Positions 39,163 to 53,043 of a stretch of 64,000 bases of DNA are shown here, piece by piece; the first letter of the stretch is position 1, and the number at the start of each line of letters is the position of its first letter. This stretch comes from Eledone cirrhosa (lineage: Eukaryota), in contig OZ024742.1 in NCBI GenBank assembly GCA_964016885.1, positions 78,864,001 through 78,928,000 of the forward strand, in the 5' to 3' direction. The notes under the pieces were generated by a model, which made no database searches, was not told where the DNA came from, and saw nothing but the letters and a program-made list of their open reading frames with translations. Position numbers and translations under genes: made by a program.

Positions 39163-39765
39163 AAATGTTAAGACAGGGTTATTTTGCATAATTGTTTTAT
39201 TCTATAATATATATTTCAATGGCATGGTTATGCAATGGTTATATTATTAACAGTATCCATATGACATCATCAGATGCTCATATAATTATGAGGTGTTGTT
39301 GTGCATGAATGCAGATATCAACATCATCATCATCGTTTATGGACTATTTTCCACACTAGCATGCCGCATCCTGGTGTGCTAGCATCCTGGTGTGCTAGCA
39401 TCCTGGTGTGATGGGAGCAAACATATGGGATACTGAATTTCATTTCTTACTAATGCTTAGTGGCAGCTGTATCTACCTTTTCATTGGTGGAACTTGTAGG
39501 TTCTGAGAAAGGTTCCTTAATGCTATTGTTGACAAATTTATTACTTCTAACTCAGCATATTGTTCAGTTTTTTTGCTTCCATGTTAATTCAGAAGCCATT
39601 TCTGTCTGACCAGCAGCATATCTGCATACTTACATAACAACACCTCATAATTGTATGAACATTTGATCGTGTCACATGGAGACTGTCAATGACATAACCA
39701 TTGCATAACCATGTCATTGAAATATATATAATGCAATATGTAACAGTAACCCTGTCTTAACATTT
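39163..39765. repeat. Diverged inverted repeat, arms about 39163-39318 and 39618-39765
   Basis: AAATGTTAAGACAGGGTTA..TTTCAATGGCATGGTTATGCAATGGTTAT..AATTATGAGGTGTTGTT..GCAGATAT is mirrored by ATATCTGC..AACAACACCTCATAATT..ATAACCATTGCATAACCATG..TAACCCTGTCTTAACATTT. Confidence 0.88.
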
Positions 39766-41066
39766 CATAAATGGAAACTCCGTGACCTAATCAACATTTT
39801 GCTGAGGATACACTACTGACGTGAAGTGCTTTTGGATTATTTAAACCAGTTTATCCTTGTGGCATTACAATGTCATCTCCATGGATAAGCACCCTAATTA
39901 TCAGCACTATATATATCAGATAGGGTATGGTAAAAACCAGTTAGATCATAACCCACCAGAGTAATCAATACTTGGGGTAGTAGAGTGGGTAATATGAAGA
40001 GATTCAGGACCCCCACGGCTGAGCACCGGCCATTCTGACAGCTAGATCCGAACTAAAGTGCAAGTATTAGAACAGGAATCTAGCTGAACTGAACTCCTGA
40101 AGGGGTATAGTCCATATATGGGCAGACAGTCTATGCAAAAAATTCTCTGCAAAAATTTTCGAAACGGCTGGAGCTCAGTTGTCGGGGTCCTGAATCTTGT
40201 CGTATATACATATATAAATAGTAATATTTACTTCTGCGTCGACAGATTGATTTTTTTAGTTTCAGAAGATCCCGTTAAGGGTGAAAGCAGCAATTCTTTG
40301 CTTAAACTTTAATCTGTTCTTATGATAAATATATATATAAATAAATATACCTGATTATTTTATATGAATGAAACAGTTCTAGTCATGTAGAAGTAATTTC
40401 TATAGATAATGAATATATTTATACACACACATATACACACATAGAGTTACATATGCATATATATGGGTGTTTGTACATAAATTTGAAAGAATGAAAGTAT
40501 GTTTGCTTTTTGAAAAGCCACCACAACACAAGTTAACTATGAAATAACTGAATAAGTATTTAATCTTTCTCAAATAACTTTACAATTATTGAGGAAAAGA
40601 CATACTGGATAATGCAATCTTCTACATGCAATGCACCTGAGGAAGACATCTTGGTTACTGCTAGAATGCTTTTGATCACATATCTGCTCTATAAGAGCTA
40701 ACCTAGGGTTAAACAACAACATACATACACTATATGTACAACAGTCAACTGACAAAGATACTCTAATGGAATGATCAAAACAGGTTTATTTTCAACAAAG
40801 TTCCTGAAAAGAAACAATGCAATTATTAATAATAAGAGTTGCAATTAGTGCATGCAAGATTTCAGAGTTCTTGCATCAATCCTTCAGTCAGCCTATGAAG
40901 TTTTCAGCCAACCCTCATATATTAAACTAAATATCTACATAAAGATATATAACTATTATACAGTAAAAGCTCATGCATAGATATGCATGACATAATGCAT
41001 TTATATATGTGCTTGCTAATAACCTAACTGTACAATAATATATGTACATGCTCAGATACTCATTGA

Positions 41067-41306
41067 TTAACCTTTTCATTACCATATTTCTAATTAAAAA
41101 CACTGCCTATATATTTCAAATCATTTTGAATATGATAGTTTGAAGATATTTAGTAATACAACTAACTTTCTCATAATTTATCTGGTGTTTGGAACATAAA
41201 TTAACGAACCTTCTTACATAAAATTATGATGGAAGGTTTTTAGATAAACAGCTTTGTGTCATTGAACAAGTAGTGGTTTCGGGGAGTTTGATATTATAAG
41301 GGTTAA
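41067..41306. mobile_element. piggyBac-like TTAA-flanked MITE; related copies at about 2060-2340, 3940-4165, 13618-13760, 48853-49083 and 60520-60672
   Basis: TTAA-CCTTTT..ACCATATTTCTAAT..TGGTGTTTGGAACATA..GGAAGGTTTTTAGATAAA..AAGGG-TTAA. The same internal blocks recur in the other copies. Confidence 0.7.
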
Positions 41307-41409
41307 CAAATACAGACTGACTGACTACCTCACATACATAAAAGTATACATATACAAGCAGTCATACCACTCTTCTCTCTCTCTCTCTCTCACACACACA
41401 GCTATCCAA

Positions 41410-41700
41410 GTAGCAATGATGACAAAAGATCCTCTGTCAGTTTTAATGATGGACATTCAGATGTAAATTTATGTAAAAATGGGTAAGTATTCCACAAATA
41501 AATTTTCATAAATGCTTTCTTTCCATGTTAGTCACTGTAAAAACCTCAAATGTCCTCGGTTCCTGGACTGTTGTGTTCCTCTGCAAATTTGGGAGCAGCA
41601 CATCCTGCCTCAGATAAAGTGGCTGATGCAGCAGGTATCATTGGCTGTTCTCTGTGGCAACCATTTCACCCTTTTGTCCAAAAGGTGCTGCTAAAACATA
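41410..41700 (+). mobile_element. Relic of a CRE-like non-LTR retrotransposon C-terminus
   Basis: VTVKTSNVLGSWTVVFLCKFGS / IKWLMQQVSLAVLCGNHFTLL. Nucleotide similarity to 11765-11960 (TGTCCTCGGT.CCTG.ACTGTTG; GTGGCTG.TGCAGCAGGT). Confidence 0.72.
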
Positions 41701-41937
41701 CCACCAAAACTGGGGTCTTGAGTTTGTTTCACCCTCCTCAATTTCCCTTACTTTCGCTATTAAAATTTGTTCTCATTTTTGCTTCTTTTTTAAATATATA
41801 AACATGGATTGTAAATTTCTTTTATTGTTAAATAAAGTACATTATAATGTTCCTATAATATAAATTATCATGCAGAATCAGCATGACACTGCATAATGAA
41901 GCTTTCCTTTTGAACTACAGGTACAATTTATTAAAGA

Positions 41938-42105
41938 GACTTCCACAGAGTTTCTGTCTACCCAATTTCCCTCATAGGGCTTGGACTAACAACATCGTAT
42001 GGTAAAAGTCACATGCTCAAGATGCCATGCAGTGGAATTGAAACCTAGGAACACCACCAGCTCACAATTATAAAGCAAACTTCTTAACCACTCAGCCATG
42101 CCTGC
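41938..42105 (-). mobile_element. Older tRNA-derived CORE-type SINE; related pieces at about 14990-15230, 30180-30290 and 44150-44260
   Basis: Reverse complement starts GCAGGCATGGCTGAGTGGTTAAGAAG (A-box), then GGTTTCAATTCCAC (B-box-like), CATCTTGAGCATGTGAC, and ends GTAGACAGAAACTCTGTGGAAG. Confidence 0.7.
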
Positions 42106-42675
42106 ATTCACAAATATTGATAAACATACATACAAAACACACATAAAATCAGTATAGAAAACCAGACACAAACATTCATATAAAAATCATAGCACCACAC
42201 AAAAATATAACCAAATATCGATACACTCAAAAATACACACACATACATAAATACATACACAAAGCAAAAATTAGAATACCACATGTACAAAAGCAGACAC
42301 AAAAATCTATACAAAAAGGCATCCACCCACACATACATATACATCCACACAGGCAGCACACAAATATAACAAAACATCAATACACATGCTGATTAATACA
42401 CACATATACACAGGCACACATATACGCATGTGCTCACAAAAGGTTTCCTTGTCATTACAGTTTCTCTGCATAATCGCAGTTAGTCCTGTTTCTTTACAGT
42501 TTCTGCAACAGCGGATCAACAAAAGCTGCCAACATGTTGCACCACACCACCACACACAATACTATAGCATAATGAAAGAATACCTTACCACAGCAGAAAT
42601 TCTATATACATTCTTCAGTGTTTCTATTGTGGTGGTGGTGGTGGAGGTGGTATCAGCGTCATTAGTAGTAGTAGT

Positions 42676-42738
<63 letters not shown>

Positions 42739-43311
42739 TATTCTTATTGTTGTTATTGTTGTTACTTCTACCATTTATTTTTTTTACCAGTAGATTTGTC
42801 TCTTACAAACTCAGAGATCAATATAACTTCACATTTAATGTCAGATCAATGCATTTTTCATTCTTATTTTATATTTCTTGTCTTTATTATTTTTCTTAAT
42901 TATCCCTTTTTTCATTTCTTCATCTTCTTGTTTTTTGTGTTTTGTCTGGTTTTTTTTTTCATATTGTTACTTTTTCTTTGTTTTCCCTTCTCCCACCACC
43001 ACCTCATTCATCTATATTATGCATAGAAAAATATTTTGATAATCTAATAAGTCACAGAGATAATATAATAAATTGCCCCAGTCGCATGAAGCTTGCAGAG
43101 AGGAAGGACATGCACACTAACCAGAGGCAGAGAGACACATAATGGAAGAAGCAGTGACACAGGTGATGAAAAAGATGTTATGAAAGAAACAGAAGATGGA
43201 GTGTGGCACGCAAAATACCCATATGATAGGAGTTGAGGACATGAATATATGTATGTAGAAGTAATGACTTTTACATTTACTGAGAGGTACAGTTTTTAGA
43301 AACATGTTCAT

Positions 43312-43852
43312 ACATCATCTTCATCATTTTACGCCCAATTTTTCATGCATGCATGGGGTAGATGTGGTTACTCTCACACAGATTCCCTCTATTTGTTGCA
43401 TTTCTTTGTGAACTTCAGCAATTTGAGATCAGTTCTCACCACATCTGCCTAGGTCTTCTATGATCTTCCTAACTTCAGCTTTCTTTCACTGGCATCACTT
43501 GGCACTTCACCCAAACAATCATCTATATACATCATATGTCCATACCAATACAGTCTTTTCACTTGTGCAATACATCTGATTACTCTTGCATCTAGTTTTT
43601 CACTCAGTTCATCCATGCTTCATCATTCAGGCACATTAACATCATATATTCATTGAAGCATGTTCATTTAATTTCTCTCCAGACCTCACATATCCTCTGC
43701 ATTCACTGCTTATGTTTCACTACCATGCAGCATCACACATCACACTCAGGCATCATACCGTCAGCCTTTCTTTAATAGATAGGAACATATGGTGTTACCA
43801 GGCGTAGTAGCTCCCTGAACCTTTTTCCATGTTTTCTTATTCCAGCTAGTAT
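43312..43852 (-). mobile_element. Old RTE LINE 3' relic
   Basis: (CAT)n tail. Reverse complement shows GGAAAAAGGTTCAGGGAGCTACTAC, GCATGGTAGTGAAACAT and TGGTATGGACATATG, homologous to 20750-21050. Confidence 0.82.
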
Positions 43853-46800
43853 GTTTTATTGATCCCAAATAGGTTGAAAAATAAAGTTGACTAGAGCAGG
43901 ATTAAAGATTAAAACTTCTGAATTTAAAGTAAATGAATTATCCAGCAGTTGCTGCAAACAGTTTTCTGTTGTACAACCAACTGATGAATGACATTTTTAA
44001 ATCATAGTGTAAGTGGCTGCATATTCCATAGACATTTTGTACTCTTAATTTAATCCTCAGGTAGAATCAACATGGCACATAGTGTAACATGACTGGACCT
44101 TTGAATGACAAATACAATTCATCTTATGGCCTTTAAATCTTGTTTTTTTTGACAAATTTCACAGAAAGGTTTTAGCTCAATTCAAAACCATGATAGAATA
44201 TATTTGCCTATGAAGGAATTGAAACTAGGAAGCAGACTTCTTAACCATTCGACCATACTACATCAACTTCATATAATACATCACCCAAGACTGTTTGGCA
44301 GGAATTGAAAAGCATTAAGTTGCTATTTCTAAGTCATGATCAAAGGCTTCAAGGCATTATCAAAGTCATCATGGCTGAAATGCCTTTGATGATAAATCTG
44401 TTCAAATAAAGCAGCCTCGGAGCTTAAGCATATCAACAACATACAAGCCATTGGGGTCTGATGCTGCATTTCATATATCCAGGACCATTGCCAGTGTTTA
44501 ACCTTTGGTCATCTCTGATCAAACATTCCAGCTTTATTTTAAATAATAGGGTGTGAATTGAAGGAGATTTGCCTGCTTTTTCTAGCAGATCAATCAACCA
44601 TAGAGAGGCTCCTTCATTGGCTTGTTATCTCCAGAGTTGATAAAATAAGTAATATACAGCTAGCTGATTTTTAATTGCTACATCAATAAGACAAAAAATA
44701 CACGAGATGTGAGCAATACATTAAATCTTTTTCTTTCATCACAACTGCTTATAACAATATTCCAGTTGCACTAAAACTAGATCTAATTCAGTAGAGCCTT
44801 ACAACATTCTCTTAGACAACCAACATTTAACATATCCACCAATATTCATAATATTGTCTACACTGAACTAAAACTACATCTATCTCGCCTTCTGAAAGAG
44901 ACTTGTTTAATCAGCTCCTAACAGACAACCTACAACTTTTTCCTACAACCATGCATACAAATAATACATCAAAGACTTTCATTTTTTTCTTTTTCTCAAA
45001 CCTGCTTATAACATCCCCCAATGAACTTTTCTCCTCCAACAAAAATATACAATTACTTTGGCTTTTTCTAATGAAAAGTCTCTTTCCTCAACCAACTTAG
45101 AGCAACAATCTCTGCAACAAACATATTAAAACTACTTTTGCTTTCTGGTTAACAACAGCAGCATCTGTCCTAAATCAGCTTATAACATTCTCCAATGAAT
45201 GCAAAAGCAATCTATATCGCTCACTACTATGTACACGGTGTCTATTCAAGGCAACCTACAACCTCTTTAAAGAGCTAACAAGGGAGACAACATCATGTAC
45301 AACAACAACATGAAAAATGAGGACAACAACATCACTCGAAACTATTTATATATTTTAAAAAAAGCCCTGCAAACAACCTGCAAAAAGAATAACAACAACA
45401 AAACCAGAGCAATAAATATATCTATTAATATTAACAATGGCTGTGATTATTATTATATGTTCAGTCTAACAACAAAATTCCTGTTCTTTATCTCCATCTT
45501 CTACTGCCACAATGCAACAAGGTTACATATAAATTTCAAGCACTCTTTCCTTCACTTTCTCCACCACCACCATCACCAACACTAACACAGACACCATCAC
45601 ACACATTATACCTCTTACACTACCTTCAATATTTATACACCTTCAAATTGCTCTTTCTCTTCATAGAATCTCTCACACTTTTCTTACCATATTCCATTGG
45701 CACCCTCAGTTTCTCATTGCTTTCTCTGACACTTTCTCTCTCTCTCAGCCACTTTCACCATCACTCACTCTCTCTCTTTCCCTCACTATCTCTCTGACCT
45801 TTTCTATCCCTCTATCAAAAAAACCCTCTCATCACTTTCCTCTCACTTTTCTCCTTCTATTCCATCACTTTTATAGTCTTCACCTTTACACTGTAATCTA
45901 ACTCTACCACTTTTAATCTCTTTGTCCTAAACCAATCTATCTACATATATTTCTCTTTCTCTCTCTCCCTATTTCTCTTGCCCCACCTCTCTCTATCAAT
46001 CTGTCTATCTATCCATCTACTTATCCCCACCTCTCTCTCAACACCTCTAGTTTTCTCTTTGCTAATCTCCCACCAATAATTTCACACATTCTCACTTTTT
46101 CTCTTTCCATTCCTTCTCACACCTGTTATCTTGATAACTCTCCCACCCATATCTTACATTCTCCCTCTCTCTTTCTCTCTCTCTCTAACCTTTTTTATCC
46201 CCCTCAGCTGTCCCTCAGCAGAAACAAGGTTATATGAATGTGCAATACAAATGTGAAATTAGCTTTACATACATGAAGAAACTATTTTTGTGCGCACACA
46301 TAAAAGAAAAAGAAAAATCGAAAAAAAAAAAGTGCACCTTTCATTGCTAGCAGGTTGTACTATAGACAATAGACAGAGAAAATTAATTTCTGCTTTTATA
46401 AAACCAATGATGATGGTGATGTTAATTCTGGTAGCGATAGGTGGTTATTAAAACATGACTATAATCATGTTATTGATGATAATAGTGTTAGTTATTACAG
46501 TCATGGTGGATGTGGTTCTACTTACTGATAGGTGATATTAAAATGTTTATGGCAATGATGTTAATAACCATAATTATGGAGGTAGTAGTGTGATGGAGCT
46601 GATGATGATAATGATGGACATGTTGAAAATTATTATTATTACTGTTATTATTATTATTACTGTTTTTGTTATTTACGTAAGAGTAGTGAGAATATTGCAA
46701 TGCTAATAATAATAATAATAATGAAGATGATGATGATTTGGTTTATGATGTTGGTTTTTGTTTTTGTTAAGTTACTCTTCCAGTAGCTGCAGAAATTTAT

Positions 46801-48088
46801 TCAAGTGAGTAAACCTCTGGCACAGAGGTGACCAATTAATTGTATGTGAGCGTTCCATAGATTGAGCATACCTGTACATATGCCATGCTTTAGTCTAATA
46901 CAGTCCTTCCATGCTTGATTGTCAAGTAAGGTGCCAACTAACTACTATAGCTTTGCCTATTTCATGGATCTGTGTATCATCATATGGATCCATGCTACTG
47001 TCAAGTCACTCTAGCGATAAGATAATAATCGGATGAAAGATAAATCTCATTTTCCCTGCCTCCCTACACACAAGAAGAACTCAGCAGTGCAAGCCAATAA
47101 TGAATTATTTCCACTACACAGTTACAGTTTACAGTTGCGAGCTATTATAACTACACACTAACAATATACCTACACTACAATTCAGTGGTTGTCATGATTG
47201 ACAGCAAAGTCTCTTGATCCCTGCCATTATGCAGCGCTGGTAATAAAATAAGAACCACCAACATACTTTACTTCTTCTCTACTATCCATCTTCACTTTTT
47301 ATTTATTTATAATAGGTGCAGTAAAAGTAAATGGACTTCCATAGGTTTCGATGAAGATTGTTCCAGACAGTTATTTGATTAACAAAATGGCCTGTTCTTC
47401 AAGTTAATATTGAACTTGTTGAGCATTCCACCGATACATGTACCCCTATCATAAATCACAGGGATGACATTCAGCTTGACACTGTATGTGATAGGTCTCT
47501 CCTATCATTAATCAGAGGGACATTCAACATGACGCTGTCTGTGATAAGTTTCTCCCATTGAAATATTGGTACAATCTGCTTGACGGTCTTCAAAACAGTT
47601 TAGTCAAATCATGACTATGGTAAAAGGAACTTGCTCAAAATGCTACTGTTCTTGGATTAAATCTAAAACCTCTGTAATCAGTGCAGTAGTCAATCAATGT
47701 GTTATTAGTTGACAAGTATTTTTCACAAAAGAAAGGGTCTATCCATAAAAAAACTTCCATCCTTGAGCCAGATGTAAAGAATAATAGAGAGATTGCCAGA
47801 TAGTGATGTAAGCAGAGAGAAGGGGAGATATAGAGACAGAAATATGAATAGAGACAGGGATAGAAATTGTGTTTGGATTAGAGAGATGAGGGGAGTCAGA
47901 GAAAATGAGCAATAAAAAAAATGGAAAGAAAGAAAAAAAATTGAGATCACAGAAGTGTGAACACTGATTAATCAGAAATATTGTATAGGAACTTCACAAC
48001 ATAACCCACATTTGAAAACTGTACAGCACCGCCAGAAATAATATGCATACTATGGTATATGTTTGTGTCATTGTATGTATGTGTGTGT

Positions 48089-48119
<31 letters not shown>

Positions 48120-48145
48120 CACACATACATACACATATATGTATG

Positions 48146-48209
<64 letters not shown>

Positions 48210-50752
48210 TACATATACATATAAAAAAAACACAAACACACATATGGATTAAAGAAAGGAGAGAAACTATTTCAGGATTTGTACAACAGAATAGTTTGTT
48301 GTTCAGGTTTATTTTAGAGTTCGTTCAAGAATTAAAAATAAAAAAAAGGCAATAGTTTCAGGCCTGTAACAAGCATTGGTGAATAACAAAAATAAAATAC
48401 CCCCAAAAAGTAACAAAAACCAAAAAAAAAACGCCCTCACTTTGATGTTTGCCACTAGAACGCCAGGGTTTGAATCAACACAGAAAACAATTTCTATTTT
48501 AGAATTTTTATTCTAGTCTTTTCTATTCTGTGTGCTTTCCAAAAATCTGACAGAAAAGATTTCTGAATATTTCTGTTTTTTCCATAGCTACAAATGTGTA
48601 ATACTGTACATCAACTTAGTGACTCTATTGTCACTAATTTGGCAAGGGGAAGGCTATGCTTTGTTGATAAAGAAGGCATGTGAAATAGACTCAAATGCAA
48701 CAACACCCCATAAGTCAATTTCATTTTCTGTAAACATTAAAACAGGTTAAAATTCAGTAAAATGTTCTTTACAAACTAACAAAAAAGATAAAGAACAACA
48801 TATATTAAATTAATCATCATCAGGGACAACAGCACAGGACATATAAACAGTGGTTAATTCTTTGGTTACCATATTTCTAATAAAAAACATTGTCTATAAT
48901 TTTTAAATAATTTCGAAAGATTTAAGTTATATAAATAACTTTCTCATTAAGTTGATGTTTATAGCATAACTTAATAAAGGTTCTACCATTACATTATGAT
49001 AGAAGGATTTTAGATAAATGCATAAACACTTTACAACACAGGGCTTTTTTTTTTTATTGTAAAAGGTGGTTTTAAAGGTTTAAGTAATAAGTGTACCTAC
49101 TGGCTTTAAGTTCAAACCCTAAGTTAATATATCAATATATAGGCTAGGTGAAGTGGAACAAACATGGGATGTGACAAGTAACTAATTAACTAGAACAAGG
49201 ATAACATGAACATTAGAATGAAAACAGTTAACCACAATCGCATCAATAAAGAGCTTGGTACAAAATTCTGAGAACATACCAAAGATGACAGGCACCTGCC
49301 AAAGGCTGGAAAGTACTATCAAAGCAACAATCATCATGGGATGAAAATTCAGAGATATACACAGCTGATTCATTTCAAGATAAATCACTGATATTTTCTT
49401 TTATTTCTTCTTCATTTTGAATGTCATCGCGTGTAAAACCTTGAAAGTCAGTATCACTACTTTCCAAGGTCATGTTCATACACACAAAAAATCTGTTGTA
49501 CTTCCAACGTTAAAAATATCATGTGTTATTTCAAGTTTCACTATATTAAGTGTTATTTTTTGCAGTAAAGGCCTTATCTCGCAGTCATCTCAAATTCATT
49601 AATTTTGATGATATTGTTTATTATTAGAATGATATCTTAGTGTGGGTGTGTTCAGTCAGATTTGGCCAGTTTAAACAAATATTTCGGCCGGATTTTGGCT
49701 GGTTTGAAGGCTAAAGGTTTAAACATTATTATAACAACCTAGATGATAACATTTGCAAAAAATACATCAGGTTATAATATCCAGAGTTGTGTCTGGGTGT
49801 ACCAAAAAACTCTAAATACTACTAATCACTAGAACAAATATTGTCTTTTTTCAAAGATGTCAGTCTGTCATAGGTCAATCATCAGCTCCCACAGATGTTC
49901 ATTTTCAGTTGAGTCCTGCTACCACAACAAAAATCACTTAGGCCACCCTGTAAGGTGGTTGTTTTGATGACATCAAAAATACTCTGTTTATGCTTATAAG
50001 GGACTTGTGCTGGCGACAAAAATAAAAAAATGACCCAGTCCACCCTGCAATAGTGGTTAAGCTGGTGGTATGACAAAAAGCATCAAGTCTCTACCCAATA
50101 ATGATGGTCATGCTGGTGCCACGTAAGGAGGTAATGCTGATGCCACAATGAAAAAAACACCCAGTCCACTCTGTCAGCCAGTCATTTTGGTTGCACAATA
50201 GAGGATGATTTATAATAATGATTTTACCAAGACATAAACCTAGAAACTTTTGTCTTTTTGTTTGGTGGAGGACAGTTGATTACATCAATACCAGTATGTG
50301 GCTACTACTTTGTTCTATTGATCCTTGAAGGATGACAACAAAGTCAATTTCAGCAGGAATTGAACCTAGAAATAGAACAAGTCATAACTAATGCCGCAAG
50401 AGCATTTTGTTCCCTGCTAATAATTCTGCAAATCCACCATGATGATGATGTCAATGATGATGGTGATGATGATGATAATTATTGATTCTAATAGAATGTA
50501 ATAATAGTTATTTCTAACAAATATTTATAATGGTTTCTAAGTTAAGCAAAAGAGCCAACAATTCTGTGAGAAGGAAACTTAAACTAAATTGACTCCAGTA
50601 CATGACTCGTACTTTATTTATAGACCTTAAAAGGATGAAAGGCAAAGATGAGCATGACAGGATTTGAACTCAGAATGTAAAGAACTGGAACAAATACTGC
50701 GAGGCATTCGTCCAATGCTCTAATGACTGACAATTTACCTTCTTCCTAACTA

Positions 50753-50958
50753 CTGTATATACTTGAATATAAGCCGAAGAATATGTGACCAAAAAATCAA
50801 TGGTAGAAGAAACTGGGGGCGCTGGTTTATATTCAGGGGTGAATATGGCGATTTTGACGATTTTAACCAAATTCAAATTCTACATAAATAAGGTTTGGAG
50901 TTTTGCCTGTTTCTCAGACATAAAATAGTGGGTTTGGTGCATATTTGAGTATAAATGG
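50753..50958. mobile_element. pogo/Tigger-like MITE with TA target-site duplication; second copy at 62353-62493
   Basis: TA|CTGTATATACTTGAATATAAGCCG ... ATATTTGAGTATAAATGG|TA. Internal GAATATGTGACCAAAA and TTTCTCAGACATAAAATAGTG are shared with the 62.4 kb copy. Confidence 0.75.
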
Positions 50959-51166
50959 TAATATTAATAATAAAAACAAAATAACAACAACATTAATGAT
51001 AATAAATAATTGGAGGGTGGGGAAAGTTGATTAAACTGACACCAGTAATTTACTGGTACTTTATTTTATTGACCCCAGAAGAATGAAAAGCAAAGTTGAC
51101 ACTAGTGGGATTTGAACTCAGAACATTGAGGGACATAACAAAATATAGCAAAGCATTTTCTGATGC

Positions 51167-51212
<46 letters not shown>

Positions 51213-51903
51213 TAATAATAATAATAATAAAATAATAATAATAATGATGAGGATGATGATGATGATGATGGTGGTTATTAAGTTAAAATATTTTGTTATT
51301 TATCTTTTTGTAAAGGAGAACATTTTAAACTGTTTAATGTTTACAGAAAATGAAATTGAGTTATGGGGTGTTGCTTTTAGGGTATGGGGAAAAATTCTGT
51401 GTATTCTTAATAGTTATAAACAAATATTAAGAGAGCTTGTTTTTCAGCATTCATAAGTTTAGCAATGGCACCAGATTGTCTCTGGGAGATGGAAGCAAAA
51501 CAGATCTTGATGTGAAAGGTCCTTAATTACAGTCTTTGCAAGATTCATCTACAATTTATCAAATCTCTTCTGTTTACATGCTTTCCTTCTTGAAAATTAT
51601 TCTTTATTTACCATATTGTGTGTAAATAAGCATAACATATTTGTGTAATGTGTATGTGTGAATGTGAGTGAACATGAGAATAATAATGAAATATTTTGTG
51701 TATGTGTAAACTATACATGCATGTACATATCCTTGTGTGCGTGTATAAAAACAGAGAGAGAGGGGGGGATAGAAAGATAGATATATAGAGATATATAGAA
51801 AAACACAATCAGAGAAAATACATTTTCCTTTTATCCATTATTTCAAAAGCCAGATGAATAGAAACATACCATTTTAAATGGAGAAATTCTGTGCCATATG
51901 TAT

Positions 51904-51938
<35 letters not shown>

Positions 51939-52407
51939 TACACTGCAAAATTGTGTGTATAAATACATATGTATATAAATACACACACAAACACTCACAC
52001 ATGTACACATACACACACAAGGAAAATATCTGTCACATTTAACTTTCTCAATACTAAAGTTGAATGCCTGGAATGGATATGTGTGTACATATGTGTATGT
52101 GTGTGTATATTTACTTTCCATGCTGACATGTCTTGGCTGGGTTATATATACCTATATTATTTTTCTGAGCATTTTGATTTAATAACATAGAAAAAGTTCT
52201 CAATAATATACAATATATATATATAGTTCAGGAAAATGACAAAACAGAGATATAAAATGTCTTAGTTTCATGCATTATATGGAAAAGGGGAAAGAAAGTT
52301 CAACGTGTCGGTATTTAACCCTTCTTCTGGAGTACAAGAAATAGAGACAGGGTCACAAAGGATAAACATAGAATATAAAAGGTAGTCAGTAGTAAAAAAA
52401 ATGAAAA

Positions 52408-52598
52408 TAATTGTTTCTACTTTTGGCCCAATGCCAGAAATTACCCAGTGCATTAATGGTACTTTATTTTATCGACCCCATAAGGATGAAAGGTAAAGTT
52501 AACCTCAGAAGGATTTGAACTCAGAACGTAAAGGGTCATAACTCTATGCTGTAAAGCATGGTGTCTGACACCCTTCCGATACTGCCAATTCACCGCCC
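52408..52598 (-). mobile_element. Nin/Deu-like SINE with target-site duplication
   Basis: Same family as 14081. AAAAATGAAAATA occurs on both sides (about 52397-52409 and 52600-52612). Confidence 0.88.
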
Positions 52599-53043
52599 TA
52601 AAAATGAAAATAGTGAGAGTAAACAAGACAAACTGTTAGGTAGTCTTGGTAATGTAAATTGGAATGCTAAGTGAAATGTGTGTGTATTAGTGTTGATATT
52701 ATGTGTGAGTGTATGTATATGTTTAAACGTGTTATATATATATTTAAGACAACAGAAGGCCGAACTTGAAAAAATTCTTTTGCAAAAGCACAATACGTAT
52801 TTCTATGACCTGGTTACATCATCAGATCATGAAGTAAGACCTTGCTGACATCATTAGATGTAGATTGCAAAGTTTAGGTAATCGATAAGATGATTATGGC
52901 AAACACAAACAGAAAATAGACTTGATTTGAAAACAGCCCACCAATTTGGTACTGTTGCGATAAACCACATAGCATGGAGTGCTTTAACTTACTACAACAT
53001 GCTTTGCTAACTGGAATGACCAAGATCTACTACACATTGGAAA

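Noticed and set aside
11780-41660. Paralogous-looking minus-strand C-termini EINSSGTEDT* (11.8 kb) and EHNSPGTEDI* (41.55 kb), suggesting alternative last exons
   Set aside because: Both are antisense readings of the conserved ET.GVLGP segment of CRE-like relics.
42440-42600. Unique-looking island with AG acceptor-like sites (..TTTCTTTACAG|TTTCTGCAACAGCGG)
   Set aside because: No convincing donor or recognisable peptide was found, so the evidence is too weak.
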